Below are positions 27,805 to 37,626 of a stretch of 64,000 bases of DNA, one piece after another. The notes under the pieces were generated by a model, which saw only the letters and a list, made by a program, of their open reading frames with translations, searched no databases and was not told the DNA's origin. The translations under genes were made by a program, and so were the position numbers. The DNA lies in NCBI GenBank assembly GCA_038883795.1, contig JAVZLK010000007.1, forward strand, positions 1 to 64,000, given 5' to 3'. The stretch is from Candidatus Bathyarchaeia archaeon. GTDB taxonomy: Archaea > Thermoproteota > Bathyarchaeia > Bathyarchaeales > Bathycorpusculaceae. Each line of letters opens with the position of its first letter. The stretch's first letter is position 1.

Positions 27805-29496
27805 TTACACCTTTGCCTCTACATTTATTGGTTGTGAAATTTCAAGATAATTTTCTGTTACTGGATAGTTTTCACATTCAACAGTCCAGTATTCCCTAAA
27901 CCTTCGCCGCATATCCTCACTTATCCTTGCTGGTTCAGAAACTTTCACGTCAAGCCACATGGTGGCGCCCTCCAAATGTTTCACGATTTCTCCATTTTTG
28001 ACAACAATTTTCCCACCTTTAATCGTGAAGGCAGCCCTCTTGAAGGCTTTCCTCACAGCCCGATACTTCCTTGAAGGGTCAATTGTCACAGGGTTTAAGT
28101 TGTATATGGCTATGTCTGCATCCGCCCCCACGCCCAAATGCCCCTTACTTTTTAGCCCTAAAGCTTTTGCTTGCCCAGCCCGTGTCATTATCGCTATTTC
28201 TTTAAAGCTTAATTCTCGGTTTATGGATGGGAGAAGGCTTCTGCTTCTTGCCCTTGGATTAATCTTTTTTAGGGTTGCTTCTCTGGCTTTTCTGCTCATG
28301 AGCCAAGCAATAATTCTTGGATAAGCCGTGAATGGTCCGCCGTTTGGGTGATCCGTGGTTAAGAAAATTTTCCATGGGTCTTTTATTAGGAGGGCTAGTT
28401 CTAAGCCTATGGACCATTGGATGGCGTGGACATAGCTTTTTCGACGATAGTGGAAGGGAACTATGCCAGCGCTTGTCTCTGTTTCCACATCATGGTTAAC
28501 CCATTTGTTTCCGCTCAACTCATAAAGCGTATACTGGAAGGGACCATCAGCAGTCATAGTTGTTGTGTCTGTAAATATCACTTGCCCCATGTCCAAAGTA
28601 ACATGAGAATGGGCATTAACATAGTTGGCAATTTCCTCCGCTCCAGACTCGAGCGTTCTCCAATCGCTACCCTTAAAGGCTGAAAACTGACAATGCGTTA
28701 TGTGAATTGCAGGCTTATTTTCGGTGGCTAAATCCTCAACACATTTCATGGTCTCCAAAGCCGTTAAAAAGTTTCCAGGCTTTCCGAGGTTATTTGTGTG
28801 AACGTGAATAGTATGGGGCAAATTAAGAAGCCTATTCACTTTACAGAGTCCCCGAAGGATTTCGCGAGGCGTTATGCAAAAACATGGGATTTGGTCGTCA
28901 AGACTTTGGACGTTACTGCCAAAACCCCAAGCTTCAAGACCGCCTGGATTAACAATTTTTATGGCATAGCCTTTCGTTGAAGTTATCATCCAAGCCACAT
29001 GTTTTGCGCATTCCTCAATTTTTCCATCTTTCAAATATTCAAGCACGAACCACCAGTCGCCAAGAAGCGGATAACTCGCCTTATCAACCATTGGTGTGTC
29101 GCTTAACTCTTCATGGGTATGTTTAGCCTCTAAGGGTGGCATTGAAGGATTCATTATTGTCGTATAACCCATTCTTGAGTAACGATAACCAGTGGTGAAG
29201 GTTGAAGGAATCGAATAGCCAACCCCAGACCTTGTCACGGCTGTTTTAGGCTCAAAATCCCTAAAATGGTCTTCGGGTCTTAAAAGTCTGCCACTATTCA
29301 CTTCGGAACCTGCAATATGGCAGTGAATGTCCACGCCGCCTGGCATAACGATCATGCCGGAAGCATCTATTTTTCTGGCTTTACGTTCGTTAACCTTTTC
29401 AACAATTTTTCCATCCTTAACGGCTATGTCCATTTTTTCGCCGTCAACACCATTAACTGGGTCGTAGACAAAGCCATTCCTTATTAAAAGCTCCAT
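27805..29496 (-). CDS. fwdA: Formylmethanofuran dehydrogenase subunit A
   Basis: PGGVDIHCHIAG, KIVNPGG, HVHTNNLGKPGN, TMTADGP, TTDHPNGGPF. Confidence 0.97.
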   Translation of the reverse strand: MELLIRNGFVYDPVNGVDGEKMDIAVKDGKIVEKVNERKARKIDASGMIVMPGGVDIHCHIAGSEVNSGRLLRPEDHFRDFEPKTAVTRSGVGYSIPSTFTTGYRYSRMGYTTIMNPSMPPLEAKHTHEELSDTPMVDKASYPLLGDWWFVLEYLKDGKIEECAKHVAWMITSTKGYAIKIVNPGGLEAWGFGSNVQSLDDQIPCFCITPREILRGLCKVNRLLNLPHTIHVHTNNLGKPGNFLTALETMKCVEDLATENKPAIHITHCQFSAFKGSDWRTLESGAEEIANYVNAHSHVTLDMGQVIFTDTTTMTADGPFQYTLYELSGNKWVNHDVETETSAGIVPFHYRRKSYVHAIQWSIGLELALLIKDPWKIFLTTDHPNGGPFTAYPRIIAWLMSRKAREATLKKINPRARSRSLLPSINRELSFKEIAIMTRAGQAKALGLKSKGHLGVGADADIAIYNLNPVTIDPSRKYRAVRKAFKRAAFTIKGGKIVVKNGEIVKHLEGATMWLDVKVSEPARISEDMRRRFREYWTVECENYPVTENYLEISQPINVEAKV

Positions 29497-30951
29497 TTAT
29501 GATGCCTCCGCCCTTTTCTTCTTTATCTTCCTAACTTCCGCAAGAATTCGCCTCAGAATTTCTTCATCTGAAAGTACGCCCTTTGGCGGGTCAACCACTT
29601 TCTTAAGCGGAAGCGGAACATGATCCATGCGATAGGCTGTTCCGCCAGCTTCTATGCCAACAAAAGCTGATGGCAAAACAACATCAGCCATTTGGGCAGT
29701 CGCATTCATGTGAGGGTCTATAACTATCAAGGGATTCTTGACTAAGTGTTCAGCTGCTGCTTTTGGAAAGTTGGCAACAGGGTCTGAAGCTATTATTAGG
29801 GCTGCGTCTGATTCCTTACGCAAGAGAACATCAACCACGGATGTCTCGCCGGGATTATAGCGAGGATAGCCAAGTGAAAAGTCCACAGCGTATGGATAGC
29901 CAGTCTGCCACGTGAAAACTGTGTTGGCGCCTGTAACGTTAAAGTGTCCCCTCATGGGCATTATCACAAATTTTGTCCGCATGTTTAAGTCCCGAACTAG
30001 AGAAAGAGCTGCGTCAATGTTTCTCAATTTACCACTGCTCATTGTTAATCCAAGCCCGAAGAAAAGCACCCCAAAATCGCATCTGATCATCAAATCGGCA
30101 ACTTCTTCCAAATACTCCACTGGAACTCCAGCAACCGTGTCAACATCAATTTCTTGGTCTCGAATCAAAGCCCTGAAGGCTTGGAGAAGCTCATAATCCT
30201 TGTTCGGCTCAACTTGAATGAAGTAGTCGGCGATTTCTGCAGACCTTGTCTTTCTAACGTCAATCACTATGAGTTTTCTACCCTCTTTAAAAAGAGTCGA
30301 AGGAGGCTCATTCCTAACGTATGTTGGAGCGGAAGGCTTTCCCTTAAAAAACACTCTTCTTATTGCACTTTCAATCTTTTTTCTAACAATTGAGGCTTTA
30401 ATCTTGTTTAAGTAGCCTCTCCAAGCACTTTTCTCAAAGCGCCCTTCAGAAAAGGCTGTGTACCTTTCTATGTGGCGTGGATGAGCACTCCAGGGGTTGC
30501 TTCCCCAATAAACGACTAGGTCTGCCCTATGCCTAATCTGCCCAAGAGTGCATGATGGAATCCCAACCTCTTGAATGCTTAAAATTGATGGTCCGTGGCA
30601 AACCACTGATGTGTTGTCAATTACGCCTCCAACCTCTTCGGCTAATTCTAAGCCTAAGCTTATGGCTTCGCAGCTTGTTGAGCTCCAACCATACAAGACT
30701 GGATAGTTAGCGTCAGCCAAAATTTCCGCAGCCCTTCCAATAGCCTCTTTCATTGAAGCCTTAACAAGTTCCCCATTCTTTCTTATGAGAGGTTTTAAAA
30801 GTCTATGCTCGCTGTTGTAGCCCAGAAATTTTGATTCGCACATGGCGCAGCCATTTTTGACTTTAACTATTCTTCCATCTTCAACCGTTAATTCTATGTC
30901 GTCGCATAGGCTTCCACATATGGGACACGTCACAGCCTTAACAACAGTCAT
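29497..30951 (-). CDS. fwdB: Formylmethanofuran dehydrogenase subunit B (Cys form)
   Basis: CPICGSLCDD, VCHGPS, AHPRH, PMRGHFNVTG, GTAYRMD. Confidence 0.96.
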   Translation of the reverse strand: MTVVKAVTCPICGSLCDDIELTVEDGRIVKVKNGCAMCESKFLGYNSEHRLLKPLIRKNGELVKASMKEAIGRAAEILADANYPVLYGWSSTSCEAISLGLELAEEVGGVIDNTSVVCHGPSILSIQEVGIPSCTLGQIRHRADLVVYWGSNPWSAHPRHIERYTAFSEGRFEKSAWRGYLNKIKASIVRKKIESAIRRVFFKGKPSAPTYVRNEPPSTLFKEGRKLIVIDVRKTRSAEIADYFIQVEPNKDYELLQAFRALIRDQEIDVDTVAGVPVEYLEEVADLMIRCDFGVLFFGLGLTMSSGKLRNIDAALSLVRDLNMRTKFVIMPMRGHFNVTGANTVFTWQTGYPYAVDFSLGYPRYNPGETSVVDVLLRKESDAALIIASDPVANFPKAAAEHLVKNPLIVIDPHMNATAQMADVVLPSAFVGIEAGGTAYRMDHVPLPLKKVVDPPKGVLSDEEILRRILAEVRKIKKKRAEAS

Positions 30952-31358
30952 TCAGATTCCTTCCCAAACTCCATCCTAAGAAGCTCTTTTAAACTTAAGA
31001 TCGGTTTGTCTGGTGCGGGCTCGACTTCTGCTGGAATTCCCTTGAACGATGGCATTCCAATTCCATGGGTTTCTGGATTAACTATGACATTTGCCCATGG
31101 ACCATAAGGAATAAAAATCACGCCTGGATGAGGCGCCCTAAGAGACTTTAAGGCTTTAATAACAACCGAACCATAATCCGTCGAAACCATAACATTAGTC
31201 TTCTCCTTTATGCCAAGCCTCTTCAAATCTTCAGGGTCCATGTAACATACGGAAACACTTTCCACATACTCCTTTGAAGCTTTTCCTCGCTCTTTTCCAA
31301 CGCCTTGCTCTATGGTTCTTCCAGTAAGCAATGTCACGCGCAGTTTTGGCTTATCCAT
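30948..31358 (-). CDS. fwdD: Formylmethanofuran dehydrogenase subunit D
   Basis: TGRTIEQG, FIPYGPWAN, GMPSFKG. Confidence 0.93.
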   Translation of the reverse strand: MDKPKLRVTLLTGRTIEQGVGKERGKASKEYVESVSVCYMDPEDLKRLGIKEKTNVMVSTDYGSVVIKALKSLRAPHPGVIFIPYGPWANVIVNPETHGIGMPSFKGIPAEVEPAPDKPILSLKELLRMEFGKESE

Positions 31359-31486
31359 GTCTAACACGCATTTGAAAGGTAAATTGTGCAACATTATTTA
31401 ATTAACTTTTATCTTCTCGCCTTAATCACCGGAAAGGCTTTTAAGTTAAAGATGATAGTAGAAGGTGCTTTGAATTTGAATTAAGG

Positions 31487-32275
31487 TTGAAGGTGTTGGT
31501 TAACGAAGTAGTCATAGAAGTTAAGGGTTTAGTAAAGCATTATGGAGAAGTTAAAGCCCTTGACGATGTTTCCTTCACTGTTGAAAGTGGAGAAATTTTC
31601 GGGCTTCTAGGACCAAACGGCGCTGGAAAAACTACTTTGATTGAGATACTTTGTGGTTTGAGAAGGTTTGATAAGGGAGAAGCGACGATTCTTGGTTTGG
31701 ATTTAGCTAAAGATGCCTATAAAATTCGCAGTTTAATTGGATTTTGCCCACAAGAAACCCTTCTCTATGATTTATTAAGCGTATATGAAAATCTTAGTTT
31801 TACAGCTTCTCTTTATTCGTTATCCTCAAAAAGGTTCAAGGAAAGGGTGGAGTTTCTCTCAAAAGTTTTGGGTATAGGCGAGTTCATGAAAAAGAAGGCG
31901 AAGGAACTTTCAGGAGGAATGAAAAGAAGAGCAAATCTGGCAGCTTCAATAATTCATGACCCGCCCATGCTAATTTTGGACGAGCCAACAGTTGGTTTTG
32001 ATCCAAATGTTAAGAGGGAGTTTTGGGAAACCATAAAGATGCTTAAGCGTGATGGAAAAACCGTGCTGCTTTCAACTCATGACATGTATGAGGCTGATGA
32101 GCTCTGCGACAGGGTCGCCATAATAGATAACGGAAAAATAGTAGCCATAGACAAGCCTCAAGTGCTTAAGGAAAAGGTGGGCGGAAAAGCATCTATACTA
32201 ATAAGAGTTAAGGTTTTGGAACCCACGTTAGAAGACGTTTTCGTAAGGTTGACTGGAAGAAAACTTTTGGAGTAA
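31487..32275 (+). CDS. ABC-2/DrrA-type exporter ATPase
   Basis: GPNGAGKT, LSGGMKRR, LDEPT, STH, EPTLEDVF. Confidence 0.92.
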   Translation: MKVLVNEVVIEVKGLVKHYGEVKALDDVSFTVESGEIFGLLGPNGAGKTTLIEILCGLRRFDKGEATILGLDLAKDAYKIRSLIGFCPQETLLYDLLSVYENLSFTASLYSLSSKRFKERVEFLSKVLGIGEFMKKKAKELSGGMKRRANLAASIIHDPPMLILDEPTVGFDPNVKREFWETIKMLKRDGKTVLLSTHDMYEADELCDRVAIIDNGKIVAIDKPQVLKEKVGGKASILIRVKVLEPTLEDVFVRLTGRKLLE

Positions 32276-32283
32276 GAATCTAA

Positions 32284-33399
32284 ATGAACCCGATAATTGG
32301 CGTAGCCGTAAAAGATATCCGCACATTTTACAGAGAAAAGGGCACCCTTTTCTGGACAATAGCTTTTCCGGTGCTCGTAATGCTCTTATTCTCCGCCATT
32401 TTCGGAAGAGAAGTGCCATTCACGGCAAACATAGGCGTGGTAAACCAAGACTCTTCTAACGTATATGGAATAGCCACAAACGTCATCGCAGGGCTTAATC
32501 AAACCGAAGTTTTCAATGTAAAAACCTTCGAAAACAAAACCAACGCATTAAAGGCTTTAAATGCCACAGAAATCCGCGCCGTCATCACGATTCCAGAAGA
32601 TTTTTCAATAAACATCACAACTGGAAAACCAGCGCATGCTTTATTGGCTGTTGATGAAACTAATCCAGACGTGGCTCGAATTGTTAGGGATATAATCAAA
32701 ACCTTCTTCACCGAATTTTACAAGAGTCTAAATACAAACTTTAGTGAGCCCATATCTGTGGTTGAAGAAGCATCATTAATGCGGGAGAAGGTTGGCTATA
32801 AAGAGTATATTCTTCCAGGCATGTTATGTTATCCGCTTTTATTCTCCAGCATGGTGGTTTCCACAGGCGCAATAGTTTACGAAAGGGAAAAGGGAACACT
32901 CAAACGTATTAGGGCTTCGCCCATACACCCATTAAGCATGCTTTTCGGCAAAACTCTTGCCGCCCTTTTCCAAACAGCCATAACAATCTTAATAATAGCC
33001 GCTTTAGGCTTTCTAGTGCTCAATCCAAAAGTAAACTGGAACATTCCGTCATTAACGCTAATACTGTTTTTGGGTTCGATGAGCGGCATAGCCATAGGCT
33101 TACTAATCTCATGCATCGGAAGGTCTCCCCAAGAGGCTTCGGGAGCAGCCACAACCATAGGCATAGTGCTTCAATGGTTCACTGGAATGTACTTCCCACT
33201 GGAATACCTTCCAGAATATCTCCAACAAGTGGGCAGAATTGTGCCAATGACCTACGCAGCCCAAGCCATAAGAGACATAATGCTCAGAAATGTCACGTTA
33301 AACGATTTGCTTCAACCCATAATAACGCTCGCAACATCAGCAACAATACTATACATTGTTGGAATATTCCTATACAGAAGATGGGTCGAAAAAGAATAA
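32284..33399 (+). CDS. ABC-2 type exporter permease
   Basis: LFWTIAFP, large extracellular loop, EREKGTLKR, GMYFP...LP, PMTYA. Confidence 0.9.
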   Translation: MNPIIGVAVKDIRTFYREKGTLFWTIAFPVLVMLLFSAIFGREVPFTANIGVVNQDSSNVYGIATNVIAGLNQTEVFNVKTFENKTNALKALNATEIRAVITIPEDFSINITTGKPAHALLAVDETNPDVARIVRDIIKTFFTEFYKSLNTNFSEPISVVEEASLMREKVGYKEYILPGMLCYPLLFSSMVVSTGAIVYEREKGTLKRIRASPIHPLSMLFGKTLAALFQTAITILIIAALGFLVLNPKVNWNIPSLTLILFLGSMSGIAIGLLISCIGRSPQEASGAATTIGIVLQWFTGMYFPLEYLPEYLQQVGRIVPMTYAAQAIRDIMLRNVTLNDLLQPIITLATSATILYIVGIFLYRRWVEKE

Positions 33400-33475
33400 A
33401 AGTGATTCTTTTTAATTTTTGCGAAAAGTTTTTAGCCTTAGATGTTGTGTAGTTTTCTAATATTCGGTGTAAAAA

Positions 33476-34327
33476 ATGACACAACAAACCGTTCCTAGAA
33501 AAATTAGAATTTCAGCAAGGGACACGGCTTTAATTGCTTTATTTGCCGCCTTGATTGCCATACTCACCAGACTTCCAGGAATTCCAATTTCTTTAGGAAT
33601 TCAATCAGGAGATATCGAATTTTCGGTTCCATTGTATCCTTTAGCTGGCATTCTTCTTGGTCCATGGGTTGGCGCTTTGGCTGTTATTATAGGCAATTTT
33701 ATTGCTTGGATAATTCCAACATCAAGTGTGTTAGGTTTGTTGCTCATTCCAGCTGGAGCCTTCGCAGCATTATGTGCTGGCTTCCTTACACGACAAGCGA
33801 GGTGGGCAGGTTGGAAAAGTGCCGCCGTTTTGCTTGCAGTTCTAATTGCCCTTTGGTATGTCACGCCCATAGGATTTGAGGCGCCATTTTACCCCTTCTT
33901 CCTACACGTTCCCGCCTTAATACTAATCCTAATCTTTAGAAACAAAATCTTCGATTTCGTAAACAGCGCTTCCAAAAAATTTGTAACGGTAGGTGTTGGA
34001 ATCACAAGTTTTGTAGGGGTAATGGCAGACCACATGTGGGGCAATGTTATGTTCCTCATGGCCTTAGAGTACGTTGTCAATATGAGAGCACTTAGAGATG
34101 CCCTCAGAAATATAGGCATGGCAATAGGCTTAGGATTTTCAGCGAGCAACCCTATGCCTCCGTGGGTATCTCAAATGGTTTCCAATCCCACCTTAGGAGA
34201 CTGGTTTATGCTTTCCATTCCAATAGCCACGGTTGAGCGCATAACATTCACGTTGATTGCCACAGTTATAGGCGTAGGCGTTATAATGGCTATTGGAAAA
34301 AGTTTCTTCGCAAAATCCAAAAATTAG
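33476..34327 (+). CDS. ECF S-component-like membrane protein
   Basis: ALIALFAAL, GILLGPWVGA, DHMWG, ER motif; multi-TM. Confidence 0.65.
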   Translation: MTQQTVPRKIRISARDTALIALFAALIAILTRLPGIPISLGIQSGDIEFSVPLYPLAGILLGPWVGALAVIIGNFIAWIIPTSSVLGLLLIPAGAFAALCAGFLTRQARWAGWKSAAVLLAVLIALWYVTPIGFEAPFYPFFLHVPALILILIFRNKIFDFVNSASKKFVTVGVGITSFVGVMADHMWGNVMFLMALEYVVNMRALRDALRNIGMAIGLGFSASNPMPPWVSQMVSNPTLGDWFMLSIPIATVERITFTLIATVIGVGVIMAIGKSFFAKSKN

Positions 34328-34394
34328 CGGAAAACTAAGGAAAAGAGCTTAAAAGCCGATTACGTATTCTAAATTTTGAACATTCTATTAAAGG

Positions 34395-34874
34395 GTGAAG
34401 AGGCTTATGAGTGAAATTTACCCTTATGTAGTTTTTCTTCCAGCAAAACAAAAAGATAGAATGCTCTCAGCAATTTTCGGCTCCAAAGCTGCAGTCGACA
34501 TTTTAAGATTCTCTATAAGGCAAGGAATTTCAAACAAAATTTACCAAAAAGAATTAATTGAAACGCTTTCCTACTCCAACAAAACAATAATTGAACATTT
34601 AAAAACACTTACAAAACTTGGAGTCTTAGAAGAAGAAATGGAGAAGACAGAGAAACAGAAGCGCACCCTATGGGTTAAGTCTTATAGGCTTTCAAATTTG
34701 GGGAAATGGTTTGCTTTGTTGCTTGCTGAAGAGAAGGATTTAAGCGAAAAAGAGAAAGCGGAAATACTGCAAAACATTTTTAAAATTTACATCCAATGGG
34801 TTAAGGGGCTTTCAGAAAAACTTCACGTAAACAAGAAGGTGTTGGAGGAAATCTTTAGGGAAGAGATGAAATGA
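34395..34874 (+). CDS. Winged-helix DNA-binding protein
   Basis: YQKELI...SNKTIIEHLKTLTKLGVL...YRLSNLG. Confidence 0.75.
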   Translation: MKRLMSEIYPYVVFLPAKQKDRMLSAIFGSKAAVDILRFSIRQGISNKIYQKELIETLSYSNKTIIEHLKTLTKLGVLEEEMEKTEKQKRTLWVKSYRLSNLGKWFALLLAEEKDLSEKEKAEILQNIFKIYIQWVKGLSEKLHVNKKVLEEIFREEMK

Positions 34875-35407
34875 AAAAGCCACTAATCATAGCGGTTGTT
34901 GGGAGCAAAAGCTCTGGAAAGACAACAACAATAGAAACCCTAACAAGAGAATTAACCAAAAGAGGCTACAAAATCGCAGCCATAAAGCATATTCCAGAAC
35001 CAAACTTCACAATTGACCATGCGGGAAAGGACACTTGGAGATTTGCCCAGTCAGGAGCAAAAACCATCATCAGCATAGCATCAAATGAAATGGCCATAAT
35101 AGAAAAGACGAGTACAGAAAATTTTTCTTTAAAGGAAATTCTGAAAAAATGTGAAGGTCATGACATAATTTTTATTGAAGGTTTCAGAAAATTTGTGGGT
35201 GAAGACAAAGAAATATACAAAATTGTGGTGATAAAATCCGCTGAGGAAGCGTCGGAGGCTATTAGAAATTTTAAGCCAATATTGGCTTTTACTGGACCTT
35301 ATTCAACTGAAGCTGTTTATCCAGAAATTCCATATGTGGATTTTTCATCAAATCCAGAAAAAATTGCGGATATTGTGGAAAGAGCTGTCAAGGGATTTTT
35401 GCCCTAG
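34871..35407 (+). CDS. mobB: Molybdopterin-guanine dinucleotide biosynthesis protein B
   Basis: GSKSSGKTT, IKH, GKDTWRF..SGA, IEGF. Confidence 0.9.
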   Translation: MKKPLIIAVVGSKSSGKTTTIETLTRELTKRGYKIAAIKHIPEPNFTIDHAGKDTWRFAQSGAKTIISIASNEMAIIEKTSTENFSLKEILKKCEGHDIIFIEGFRKFVGEDKEIYKIVVIKSAEEASEAIRNFKPILAFTGPYSTEAVYPEIPYVDFSSNPEKIADIVERAVKGFLP

Positions 35408-35529
35408 TTGGTTTGTGGAGGCTTGGAGATTTTGTTTAAGGGGGAGAAAGGAGATTCTTTAAAAGAAGAAGGGGATTTTCTCCAAACCTTTCCACCCAAC
35501 TTCAGGCTTTTCCCGTTGGCACCTCCTTT

Positions 35530-36690
35530 TTATAGAGCCTTGAAAGCTTCGAACCATCTGTTATAAAGCGCCAGCATGTCAAGGGAAACGCTTGGCTTCC
35601 GCTCTTCCAATATTTGTCTGAAATCGTCCATTGTTAAGAATCTTGGCTTAGCCAACTTATTTGCGGCTTGACCAGACTCGAAGAATTCGCCTATAATTTT
35701 TAGTTGTGCTGATTGGCAAACGTCTCTTATGTCGCTTCCAGAAAAGCCTTCGGAAAGCCTAGCCAATTCGTGCAGGTCAACGTCTGGAGCAAGCTTCAAA
35801 TGGCTGGTGTAAAGCTTAAACATCATCAACCGCGTGTGGTGGTCTGGAAGGGGCACCAAAATTCTTTTCTGAAATCTTCTGATGAAAGCCCAGTCCAAAT
35901 CCCAAGGCTTGTTTGTTGCTCCAATAACGTAAACGTGAAGATTCTTACCCTTGTCTATAATGCCGTCGGTTTCCTTCAAAAATTGGTTTCGAACCCGAAC
36001 TTCCCCGCCAACCTCATTTGAATGTCGCCCCATAAGAGAATCCAACTCGTCAATGAAGACTATGGCGGGTTTTCCTTCCAAAGCTGATTTTCTAGCAGAA
36101 GCAAAAAGTTTAGCAACATTTTGTTCAGCTTCGCCTAACCACTTGGACATTATTGAAGCTGCATCAATAGAAATGAAAGTGGCGTCTATCTCTGTAGCAA
36201 CAGCCGCAGCCAACAAAGTCTTTCCACATCCAGGCGGACCAAACAATAGAATGCCCCTCGGCCAGCCTAAGGGGAAGAGGTCTGGTCTCTGAACTGGATA
36301 AACTATGGCTTCTTTGATTGCCTTTTTCGCATTTTCCAGGCCGATGACTTCTTCCCATTTCACGTTTGGCTTTTCAGTAACTATTAATTCCTCATAAGTT
36401 GATTTTCCCTGGCTAGTTTTGGCGCCGGCTTCAACATTAGCGGCTTCCTCTTGTGGCGGTATAGGCGCTGCGCCTTGCAAAGCCTTTATTCTTTCTTGGT
36501 AGGCTATGGCTCTTTGAATATACACCTTGTTTAGGCTATATTCGGGATATAACTGTACAAGTTTTAGGAGGCTCTCAATAGCCTTTTGATACATAGTTAT
36601 TGCCATACCGCGGGACCCTTGCTTATCTAAGCGAACGGCTTCCAAGGCGTAATTGGTTGCGGCTTTCTCAAGTTCTTGGGAAGCACTCAT
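35530..36690 (-). CDS. cdvC: Vps4/CdvC AAA+ ATPase with N-terminal MIT domain
   Basis: MIT (AVRLDKQG...YQKAIE...YQERIKAL), GPPGCGKT, SKWLGE, FIDELD, ATNKPWDLD..FIRRF. Confidence 0.95.
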   Translation of the reverse strand: MSASQELEKAATNYALEAVRLDKQGSRGMAITMYQKAIESLLKLVQLYPEYSLNKVYIQRAIAYQERIKALQGAAPIPPQEEAANVEAGAKTSQGKSTYEELIVTEKPNVKWEEVIGLENAKKAIKEAIVYPVQRPDLFPLGWPRGILLFGPPGCGKTLLAAAVATEIDATFISIDAASIMSKWLGEAEQNVAKLFASARKSALEGKPAIVFIDELDSLMGRHSNEVGGEVRVRNQFLKETDGIIDKGKNLHVYVIGATNKPWDLDWAFIRRFQKRILVPLPDHHTRLMMFKLYTSHLKLAPDVDLHELARLSEGFSGSDIRDVCQSAQLKIIGEFFESGQAANKLAKPRFLTMDDFRQILEERKPSVSLDMLALYNRWFEAFKAL

Positions 36691-36702
36691 ATCGGAACAC
36701 TC

Positions 36703-37596
36703 CTATCCGGATTTTAATTCAATTTTTATTTTTCCTTTGGCTCCCAAACTTTCAAGAGCCTTCTCAATTTCTTCATAAGAGGCTTTCAAATCAACCGAGC
36801 AACGTTTCAGGTCAATTTCTCCATTACTCTTCTTAACATAGTCGAGGAGAACATCTTCTAATGATGGTTTTTCAACTTTTAAGGAAATTTCTTGAATCTC
36901 AGCTTTCTTAAAAGAAAGGAGGGTTTGAGAAGAATTTCTTTCAGAATCCTCGACTGTTTCATTCGCTATGGCTTGCGAACAGTTAGCGGCTAAGGCTACC
37001 ATTTCTTTTAATGTAGTTTTTTCAGGTTCTGGCGTTTCTAAAGTGGCGGGCGGTTCAGGGAGCTCCTCACTCAATTTTTGTTCGAGGAAGCTTGAAACTT
37101 CTTTTAATATTTCTTCGCCACCGGGTGTTTTCTTGCCCACGGGAATTAGGGTTTCGTCTGCTGTTATTTTTGTTGAATATAACGTTTCGCTTATTGTTTC
37201 GTTAACCTTGCTAAGTTCTGATGAGACATCTGGCAAAACTTCATACAACTGTTGCGAAACACTCTGCAGAATTTTTAGGGCTGGTTTTAAATCGAAAACT
37301 ATGTCGCTTAACTCTTTTATTGTTTCAAGTCTGAGAATTACACGTTCTATGGCTAACTCTACATTGTAAAGAAACTTTATCAGCTTTCTAATTTCTGCAA
37401 TTTCGTTGGCGCAGAGGGTTGCCCTTTCCTTATTTTTATTGTTGAGGGCGTTTATGCATGTTTGAAAGAGGATTCTGTCTCTTTCTTTCAGTCTGAAACT
37501 TGCTTGTTCAAGTTTGTTACGTTGAACTTTTAAGGTTTGTATTGATTTTATAACTACTTCACGGAGTGGAGGGCTTTGGCGAATAAATCCTTTAAT
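36703..37596 (-). CDS. cdvB: ESCRT-III CdvB (Snf7 core, MIM2 and C-terminal winged helix), about 297 aa, probable ATT start
   Basis: The frame of ORF 36703-37248 is open up to TAG at 37615-37617. The added part reads IKGFIRQSPPLREVVIKSIQTLKVQRNKLEQASFRLKERDRILF...ANEIAEIRKL...LAIERVILRLET, matching the paralog at 38374. Also ELPEPP and a winged-helix tail. Confidence 0.88.
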   Translation of the reverse strand: MKGFIRQSPPLREVVIKSIQTLKVQRNKLEQASFRLKERDRILFQTCINALNNKNKERATLCANEIAEIRKLIKFLYNVELAIERVILRLETIKELSDIVFDLKPALKILQSVSQQLYEVLPDVSSELSKVNETISETLYSTKITADETLIPVGKKTPGGEEILKEVSSFLEQKLSEELPEPPATLETPEPEKTTLKEMVALAANCSQAIANETVEDSERNSSQTLLSFKKAEIQEISLKVEKPSLEDVLLDYVKKSNGEIDLKRCSVDLKASYEEIEKALESLGAKGKIKIELKSG

Positions 37597-37626
37597 AGCT
37601 TTTCCCTCCGCCCGCTACTTTATGCC

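Noticed and set aside
35496-35519. Hairpin downstream of cdvC (CCAAC-GGG-AAAAG-CCT-GAA-GTTGG on the minus strand) as an archaeal SECIS
   Set aside because: The GAA bulge is on the wrong arm and no in-frame UGA is seen in nearby genes; it may just be a 3' UTR or terminator structure between convergent genes
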